A stretch of DNA of 64,000 nucleotides from an uncultured virus (IMG/VR IMGVR_UViG_3300017747_003095) (Duplodnaviria; Heunggongvirae; Uroviricota; Caudoviricetes). The notes beneath the pieces were generated by a model. That model was not told the DNA's origin, made no database searches, and saw only the letters and a program-made list of their open reading frames with translations. Made by a program: the position numbers and the translations under genes. The stretch lies in IMG/VR virus record IMGVR_UViG_3300017747_003095; one strand, 5' to 3'. This document shows positions 59,401 through 64,000 of the stretch, piece after piece (positions within the stretch are counted from its first letter, which is position 1; every line of letters starts with the position of its first letter).

Positions 59401-62400
59401 ACCTCCTGCGCCAAAGCCAACAGGCCCTCCTGTTAGTGAGGCTGCAAGTAAAGCGGCTGATGCTAGGATCAAAGACCTGAAAGGGAAGCTAAAGAACCTC
59501 TTCTCTGGTAAAACTTCGAAGTCAGCGAGAGCAATCCCTGCAGGTATGAATCCAGAAATTCTGGATATCATCACAGAGCTTGCTAGGAATTACATCGTAA
59601 AAGGATTCACGGATAGGACGGCGTTGATTTCAAAGATCAATGGTGACATAACCGCTGCAGGTGGGTCTGTGACAATGGACTACTTCACAGAGATGTGGAA
59701 CGAGGTTCAGGTTGAGGCTGTTCAGCAAAGGAACACTATAGCTGCAAATTCTCTAGCGAACAGAATCGTCGGCAAGGTAAAGAGTACAATTAGGGAGTCT
59801 ACCAAGACGTTTGATCCAATCGATGAGTTAATAACAAATCTTGTTAATAAGGCGACAGAAGATGTTAAAACGCCAAAGAAAGCCAAGGAGTCTCCACTAG
59901 AAATAATCAAGAGACTGGTAGTAGAATACGATACAGCCAAAAAGATCTGGGAGGCTTCAAAAGCAAATGTCAAAGCGAAGATTGACCTACTAGACCCTGC
60001 TAAGTTCACTCCTGCAGAGAAGCAGGCTATGAAAGACAAGCTGAATTCTTTCTTTGAGAATGATCTAAGCTACTTCGAGATCAAGAAAACACCTACAGCA
60101 TCTCCTAATGCGACAGTCAGAAATGTTATCAAGCAGGAGATGAAAGAGAAGAAGCTCAAGATTGAGGAGATTTTGCTGATGGCTACTTCGAAGCAGGCTA
60201 AAACCAAGGAGGAGTTCATTCAGAATATTGTAGATGATATTGTTAACTCAACTGGCATATCCTATAGCGATGCAATCAGAATCGCCGAGGACTTCGCTAA
60301 CAAATACGATCAAATTGTAAGCAAGAAGCAGGAGTCTATCCTTAAGAGGTTTTCTAACTCTATCAGGGTAAGGAACATTAAGAAAAAGTCTCAGGGCCAA
60401 CGTGCTTTTGAGATGATTAAGTACGGCGTAATAGATCCATCCATTAAGATCCATGATAAAAATGGAGATATTATAGACTCGGCAATGCTTTTAGCTGAGT
60501 TATTCGGCGTTCCATATATTGATGAGGAGACGAGAAATGAGCTAGACAAGTTTGCAGAGGAGATCGCAGCTGCTCCTGAGGGCGTTATCCGTCAGCAGGT
60601 TATCAATGAAATGATGATGTTTATGAAGATGCATCAGTTCATACAGTTAGGGTCGCTAGGAACTCGTATTATGACTCAGTTCTACGCCAACATACTTACC
60701 AGCGGTGATACGCTCTTGAAGGCCTTTAACTCGAACATTGTAATGAATCCGTTTGAGTTTCTGACCATAGCCACAAGGGCTGCAATAAAGCGTGACTTTG
60801 CTTTAATACCTCTCCTTACAAAAGGTTACTATCAGAAGAAAGGCGTAGGCTCAATAAAAGAGTTAAAAGCTGATCGACCGCTGAGGGATATTGATGGGTA
60901 TGTAATCAACCAAGGCGAGACATACTACCTATTCAGTGACAAAAATATAATGAGCCAAGCGAATCCAAGGGCAGCTGCGCTTAGCGGTCACTACCAAGGG
61001 CTTCTTCAATACAGCACCTCAATTAACCAAGCTAGAGCGGTGCTAGGAGGTCTTATCGAGCATGAAAACTATACCGACAATATCACAGGTGCTGTTTATG
61101 CAAAATACGGAAGAACAAAAGCAGGTAGGGCATGGGGTAGGTATGTGACAGCCGCTCAGAAGGGTCTTGGGGCAATAGACGTACTATTGACAGCAGGTGC
61201 TACCGGAGCTAGATACAGTGACTTATTGTATGACGCAATCAGGTTCTATGCTAAGTCAAAAGGAGAGAAAATAAAGGGCTCTGAGATTGTTAAGATCATA
61301 AACCTTTTGCAGGGATACTCTCCAATGGTCCAGTTAGATGCTTACAATCAAGCAATAGCCGAGATGCAGGGCCTTGAAAACGGCCGTCTTGATCTATCTG
61401 ATAAAAAGAAAAAGACATTACTTCTACTAAGGGTTGAGGATATTGTCAGACAGAAAATGTCAGACAGATACCAGCAAGCTGTTAATGCAAGTCCTTGGTT
61501 AGCGGGACTTAGTCAGCAAGAGATCGCCGACCTGCTCGACGGAGCAAAAGACATTACAACCAAGATCGGATTAATGGGCACTCCTCCTGGGACAGGCGGG
61601 GTATTGTCTCACTATTTAGCAATCCCTGGAAGAGCCTTTAGGTTCTCTAATATGCAAGTGGGCGCATTCGTAAAAGCGCCTATTAACGGCGCTATGTTCC
61701 TTGTGCAAGGAAACACGCCGCTTGCAGCTATTATGACAGGCGTAAGGCTACTGAAGAGTCAACGGGGCTTTGGTTTAGGATCTAATGAGTTCTTTAAGAA
61801 GGAAGGTATCAGGACTAGCATGTACGGAAAGACCAGATATTCTAGACAATTGGGTAAAAATGCATCGTTAATATGGAACCTAGAAAAGGAGGATTTGCTA
61901 GTTAAGTTTGCCTTGATACAAACTGCAGCTATATCATTGACTTTTATGTCGACTAATGCAGTCATCGTAGGTCTTGCGTCTATGTTTGATGATGACGACG
62001 AGGGCAGAAAAAAGAGAGATCTACTGCTTAAGGATGGACTTGAATACTTGAAAAAGATTCCACAAAATGAAAGGGAGTTAATGTTCTTTGGGGACATATT
62101 ATCCCCTGATAAAAAGAAAAGAGAAGGTATATGGAAGCAGCTTCCGTTCTATACTACTGGTTCAATGTATGGATACCAGGCCGGAGGTTACGGAAAGATG
62201 CAAAGTCTTAAGGCTAGATACGGAATTGAGCCACATACCGCCTATTCTTATGGAGTAAAATTATTTACATACAAGGACAATCCTTTACTGGGGGCCTTCT
62301 TTATGGAGATGGCTGCGTCAACGGATGCGATACTATTCAACGAGTCCGCAAATCTTGAGGACAATCAGTTAGGTTTGGTTCTGATGTCAACTTGGGCTCA

Positions 62401-63268
62401 AATGAACTTATTTAGAGATCAAGCTAGTTTAAAAAGTATCTCTGAAATCACAGAGGCATTTGCAGGGCAAAGGGCTTACGAAGGTCTAGATAGTCCGCTT
62501 CAAAGGCTTGAGATGTACGGAGGTAAATCAATTGGAAATCTTGTATCAAACCTAACTATGCCAGCCGCGATGAAGAACATTAACCAAGACGTAATGGCGA
62601 TGCTAGGTCAGCATATGGATGACCCAAAGACCTTTAAGGAGTTTGTTGTATATAGATGGCCGATCATCGGAAGTGTTGTTATAGAAGGCGAAAAGACAGG
62701 TCCGTTTGGATATCCAGTCAAGACTCAACCTAAGCGAGTGTTCCCAATCATAGCTGAGCCATTTAAGTTGCCTTTGATGCTAGACGGAAGTATAGACTTG
62801 CCTACTGTAGATCAGCTGCTTTCGACAGAGGATGCTAAGTACACCGCCTTGTTCGTAAGAAACAATAACGATAAATTTCTCAACCCTGAGATATCTGGGT
62901 ATTACAAGGCGGATAAATACGGTGACTTCGAAAGGAAGACCTTTTCTTTGGAACAGAGGAAGAAAATCAAAGAAGAGTACAAGCTCTTAATGAGAGAATT
63001 CGCTGAACAGAATATTAACGTAGTTCAATCTCCTAAAGAATTTAATACTAATCTAAAGCTATTCTTAAGTTTATACGGAGCAGAAATGGGCAAAAATACA
63101 GTTACTACTGTAGGTTATAAGCGATACATCATCAACAAGGTAATGGGTGCCGAGGCGAAAGATATACTTCTCGATGAAGCGGATGGCTTTTACAATATGG
63201 GCAAAGATGAGTTGACTCTTGACAAGATCAAAAAGACCGAAGAAGGATTTGTGCCGCTAGAAAGGTAG
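50456..63268 (+). CDS. Giant polyvalent virion cargo protein (three HExxH zincin-like modules, LPD23-like domain)
   Basis: 4270 aa; HEATH 53918, HEFGH 56264, HEIQH 57182; IRLATGWERGADDKWRYE and YEKLAGEVEARNVQAR. Confidence 0.8.
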   Translation: MDERAIDDLFNHARSLGYKDSRGNFLNLIYTDQRAFNDMFSYAKSKGFNKNEDDFSILIGKKQGSGKAAPGSGAGPSGGLRLPSNLNKQQVKSFLGRYGASFTDDQYDQIASRVKGKSMEEAMQIAREITTPTPQPVRMSSLDAGRQMLASAAEQRTGLAEQVQQEEPSTSGYLSPEQLRRAEMEDARIPSSTLPTQGQLRADFATQFRKEGEANAADLVSNWDSEGKKKMLAIYAEEAMENDSDELDFGPFGTVKMGETPEEVQRNLDQLISIPQLGTLKAEYGFSTKQIYDKLKSDLGYENDKKFEETLLKYFKSNEGLKYVVDDSKQKLSIYNQLYEEALQNPNTPQEDLDGLKQMINKELKIQGMGEIIDQAQYNRLSIGEKAPIALAYGGSTLRSLANSLELSLTEFTVGVMEVVYEPFLADEHQGMVRDLLMYQPLSEKRKAAEKTAELPYQSVSSQSVIDGLNILNFTTTATQVTGSIAVTYAGGFMGGAALVYGDAVDEALKGGYSRNEAKAYGLLNAGISGYLEKIGLKGITKTITTDAERRLVLSAIRSELKKGTSVDKVVSIVTNKIANSIGSLVKGGTPEGFTEFAQTGQELLLKKAFNRMVLDEGEKGFEEPSLDEASKMLGEAFVVGFFSGGSVPSLISAFSKGNTKYEDVANAVVAGKKKVSDIVETTKGLILSGKVSAVDGRAFIENLKIAEAAKATLPTYVKDKQQRIRAISLVMERNKLTQEMNSADPDLQDGYKKRLNEIKQELKSIADKNWVAPTNAFTASTSPGFSAAMSALSQEPDTDKAARVFNKTLGVNNGLLTKITKAMEAGTEIATQLSKNVAADLEMFVEKLSSMDNKTPAMQEAIKSATDIIQKLNDYGNKRDSVPSEAGVSLNMDEIIGRIAAGAEAGDMDFMENVPEETLDQVATTLSGIMSGADVSEEDAGAAADFLYGRYKQLTDLKAKISKKIETEKDATKKTRLEKSLSAINEAQSKLDQDISVTVKYQQEKALRDEAAGTRKQVPLGEPQAERKSEKESEKELPGKVSQEYSPENMDAIQEEFEAENGRLDPLIIRAINSVNKLLSKIAPNVKIYVHTSVDDYVKTLAEEGLRPADVAGASRTYGKVVQDENKRIQSLHINLQLINDSANAEEGVRGIYHEATHVILDVFFRANPKMIADMIDSIKSFVPKGVSEQLDEFLEEYVNETDEINAEEYISELVDILARTESQLDKPTISKIIGAINDVIRRAARALNIQDPERFLIKNDRTDFIDFLNSLATATTSGLESDIKNKERLQKKYAVQKQTAGKVPVQPRARGGQEVAEGEPEAEPENIAEEGETQERTSKSSKKRKKKKEVGTEFSDASSPQFSLNLNKNLSEDQQNSVGQIFDQVLSNDDATFSETVNIDGSIGKDVPKQKIEISESDNRPEADFMRRLRIPLDFILGKSVGLGMSDTLTTGERNVEVLDLKTNKKSKQKVRDEGGIGYPFKSLMDLLNGKIKKGEKIFGWASVSKGAGTGMITAAKKASKISGRELKDIYISNLGLNKEQISRLEDAIPDNKQYGIVAIYKMGADGIYSNEAYSREAFRQIETLLDQDEKNQFFVLAKQRLNDLKWENKSSFIGSINAANSFIELENILHGSESKMPLKAKASIMKKVFLSSEETESKGKSGNKLGELLKSKGISIESVARAIEEPVMSDLSKGQPVILVAIDGSSKTIEDKLRERHKNYPFGVEGFPIGVFEETTQMHQLSTVLMDAFVKSSTVIVDENAKFTDPAKPGAKAEEARVSIYQDSEGDFRADKGKGGDKERIKDSNGDPVKAKTKDLLLSKLKKLGYVISKSIAQTRYTQVINGSTFGDVMQKLKIGFTSILESPQLTAQQKLVKYLQLAFPGIVVEMDSVEYDKIQQGFVDQKLINKDGKVYGFVKEGRVYLNPTYLNNNTPIHEFGHVWNFVAKNFRPEIYSKGVSLVEGSEYQDSVLQDVKYRKLIEAEFGRKALIKDKKTGKYVINKQFDRANEVADSVADEALAKAIGDKGELFVNEAQKRDFKDWLNTLYKAIKKVIGFGDMTEDQFQNLTLDQFVDSALKEILGGQEITKVTSSELASVGKTSAKFLIAGENANLEQNVLGNLRVANEMEASNQDAKTIRLATGWERGADDKWRYEVQDNIPFLKDTVKQMKEFLSENDAQNTSQKANYFLPKELLKLYPELNDVTIVFNDKFNDDEASYNPRTKTIEVNVGVYPKNTVSALLHEIQHVIQDIEGFAKGGNVEEFSDFRNEQIINQVSFEKEQLERQYKKQPLSRDIILEFDNYINQKDGITKMYNELSDKYDISVKSVRDAANYLYELIGDDPTMDNYVNKIAFFNDVISSKNPFRQYEKLAGEVEARNVQARMEMTPEQRRATTLQETESVPREEQTVRGVLTSKSSKVSSALANVKNTAKALEGKNTFDQQDEKAEVIVGKEKDRWGRSQVWRERIENAGDILRELSGRGNNPDVKYLQEKINKIKNWILDGSGFSELPKSIKTLKDVDESNVRFSSAVDGKKYLDKFHNDVLQETIDAYKGIVVKTEEEQVVKDFILTLLQGDKSSISSSLKEVEDIVGRIKKQGELKSTPLNVSEAYHEAKADGSNPELVEAVEALLGDQEVKPELTSKSSKASSGLTSKSSKSKGPLGYDPNQAADRGTKQDRDLQQNIYDLALSIWDSTKDLMDMTADIYVAVSDELDTPLNAVHIAELIKDLRIGNRPEYTKTPEGKYKRNKTKLNVSSVMDSALVALSGLVTNRRVDKGIIASLINSLKGGPQYTVENQIDVDAIADTLFDIFGDSANIATLQELYKIAELAKGGLRTTMFARIANNSWNKARESKDQQEKLAYRDLGNMALNQLAQEATESGRFNAMIYRIQKLNPEFLASFEKSRVRRETESQMRGAGQKKSDVDSVTTELNTAQEQAAEQAVNSPSVQAAINTATGVPPGPSTPPPAPKPKPAGPKPGGPKPPAPKPTGPPVSEAASKAADARIKDLKGKLKNLFSGKTSKSARAIPAGMNPEILDIITELARNYIVKGFTDRTALISKINGDITAAGGSVTMDYFTEMWNEVQVEAVQQRNTIAANSLANRIVGKVKSTIRESTKTFDPIDELITNLVNKATEDVKTPKKAKESPLEIIKRLVVEYDTAKKIWEASKANVKAKIDLLDPAKFTPAEKQAMKDKLNSFFENDLSYFEIKKTPTASPNATVRNVIKQEMKEKKLKIEEILLMATSKQAKTKEEFIQNIVDDIVNSTGISYSDAIRIAEDFANKYDQIVSKKQESILKRFSNSIRVRNIKKKSQGQRAFEMIKYGVIDPSIKIHDKNGDIIDSAMLLAELFGVPYIDEETRNELDKFAEEIAAAPEGVIRQQVINEMMMFMKMHQFIQLGSLGTRIMTQFYANILTSGDTLLKAFNSNIVMNPFEFLTIATRAAIKRDFALIPLLTKGYYQKKGVGSIKELKADRPLRDIDGYVINQGETYYLFSDKNIMSQANPRAAALSGHYQGLLQYSTSINQARAVLGGLIEHENYTDNITGAVYAKYGRTKAGRAWGRYVTAAQKGLGAIDVLLTAGATGARYSDLLYDAIRFYAKSKGEKIKGSEIVKIINLLQGYSPMVQLDAYNQAIAEMQGLENGRLDLSDKKKKTLLLLRVEDIVRQKMSDRYQQAVNASPWLAGLSQQEIADLLDGAKDITTKIGLMGTPPGTGGVLSHYLAIPGRAFRFSNMQVGAFVKAPINGAMFLVQGNTPLAAIMTGVRLLKSQRGFGLGSNEFFKKEGIRTSMYGKTRYSRQLGKNASLIWNLEKEDLLVKFALIQTAAISLTFMSTNAVIVGLASMFDDDDEGRKKRDLLLKDGLEYLKKIPQNERELMFFGDILSPDKKKREGIWKQLPFYTTGSMYGYQAGGYGKMQSLKARYGIEPHTAYSYGVKLFTYKDNPLLGAFFMEMAASTDAILFNESANLEDNQLGLVLMSTWAQMNLFRDQASLKSISEITEAFAGQRAYEGLDSPLQRLEMYGGKSIGNLVSNLTMPAAMKNINQDVMAMLGQHMDDPKTFKEFVVYRWPIIGSVVIEGEKTGPFGYPVKTQPKRVFPIIAEPFKLPLMLDGSIDLPTVDQLLSTEDAKYTALFVRNNNDKFLNPEISGYYKADKYGDFERKTFSLEQRKKIKEEYKLLMREFAEQNINVVQSPKEFNTNLKLFLSLYGAEMGKNTVTTVGYKRYIINKVMGAEAKDILLDEADGFYNMGKDELTLDKIKKTEEGFVPLER
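54339..54512 (+). CDS. Nested alternate-frame 57-aa basic protein (MPFKS family)
   Basis: MPFKSKQQVKYLYSQEPEVAKRW...; A-rich leader; +1 frame within giant gene. Confidence 0.5.
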   Translation: MPFKSKQQVKYLYSQEPEVAKRWRKENPKQNLKTLPKKAKPKSGPASQVKNVRRKKK

Positions 63269-63318
63269 CGGTACAAATCATTTTTTTTGTATATTTGAAA
63301 CCATAAAAACGTATAGCA

Positions 63319-63900
63319 TTGGCACTTAAGATCAACTTCTCCTACAGCCAGAGTGCAGACGCCAAGACGCTGTATATCTACGACACGACAGGCGTTTATG
63401 ATGCGGTTATGAACGATACAGGGTGGGGAGGTCCGAACCCGGCGATAGGGTCTGCGACCTCTGACCAAGTTTCAATTCAGATGATTGGGTCAAGTGAGGT
63501 TTATACGGTACCGATGTACCCCACACTTCCGAACACAAACAGCATTCCGTTTTCTATAGACTCCTCGATGCTAGGGCTAGGTCTTGACGCTCAGATTCCT
63601 GACGGTCAGTATATCATTACTAGGCAGGTGGTTGTTTCTGGTACCAATTACCAAGCGACAAAAAGAGTATTCTTTATTAGCATCCTAAAATGCTGTGCCG
63701 ATACAATGCTAGACTCCGATACCAATACTGGACGTTGTAGTTGTGGGTGTAGTGGTAATGGATTTACAAATGCTACGATCTTGCAATACTCTATTTTCAC
63801 TCTAAAGAAAGCCTTTAAGTCATTAAAATTTGAGAAGGCTGATCAAATATTCAGATACGCACAAGGTTTGTGCAAAGAAAAAAACTGTAAAAACTGTTAA
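63319..63900 (+). CDS. Structural protein with Cys-rich C-terminus
   Basis: DTTGVY...GWG.PN, IPDGQY, CSCGC, CKEKNCKNC; promoter TATATTTG 63290-63297. Confidence 0.6.
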   Translation: MALKINFSYSQSADAKTLYIYDTTGVYDAVMNDTGWGGPNPAIGSATSDQVSIQMIGSSEVYTVPMYPTLPNTNSIPFSIDSSMLGLGLDAQIPDGQYIITRQVVVSGTNYQATKRVFFISILKCCADTMLDSDTNTGRCSCGCSGNGFTNATILQYSIFTLKKAFKSLKFEKADQIFRYAQGLCKEKNCKNC

Positions 63901-63902
63901 TC

Positions 63903-64000
63903 ATGGTTGACTTAGGCTGCGGATGTGATTCAATAGAGCTGCCATTTGGCCCTAGCGGCAATGACGGTAGAAGCGTCTTTAATGTAACGACAGGTCCGTT
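63903..64000 (+). CDS. Start of probable tail fibre/collagen-like protein (truncated)
   Basis: MVDLGCGCDSIELPFGPSGNDGRS... open to window end. Confidence 0.45.
   Translation, partial: MVDLGCGCDSIELPFGPSGNDGRSVFNVTTGP

Noticed and set aside
2033..63268. Amber (TAG) stop-codon reassignment as in some crAss-like phages
   Set aside because: Long genes are intact in the standard code and several end at TAG followed by normal intergenic signals (2033, 4855, 32482, 63268)
50456..63268. Virion RNA polymerase in the giant ORF
   Set aside because: No DFDxD/DxDGD-type catalytic motif seen; late genes carry host-type promoters
532..63468. Numerous antisense/shadow ORFs in the supplied track
   Set aside because: They overlap better-supported genes on the opposite strand or frame and lack recognisable motifs

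Overview
The whole window is a tailed phage genome, almost certainly infecting Bacteroidota (repeated TAnnTTTG promoters, AU-rich SD-less starts). Its podovirus-type morphogenesis module is crAss-like in gene order. Layout: 1-4.9 kb (+) Gly-rich tail fibre end and a lysis cassette (M15 endolysin, holin, spanin) with a PAS-HisKA gene inside it; 4.9-20.2 kb (-) early/accessory arm (atypical tRNA, YkgJ protein, PD-(D/E)XK nuclease, SSB, serine recombinase, DUF932, GP88 and many small ORFs); 20.7-64 kb (+) replication initiator with iterons, primase-helicase, terminase, RuvC-like resolvase, portal, scaffold, capsid, a 13-gene basic-protein operon, tail ring/muzzle proteins and a 4270-aa polyvalent cargo protein. 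I recognised no DNA or RNA polymerase. The most novel signals are in the early arm: five near-identical 39-bp stop-hairpin-start repeats dividing small, partly paralogous genes into cassettes, two covarying ~60-nt anticodon-less tRNA-like elements, and a ~350-nt structured leader holding a sixth copy of the hairpin. All family calls are from motif recognition by eye; no searches were run.
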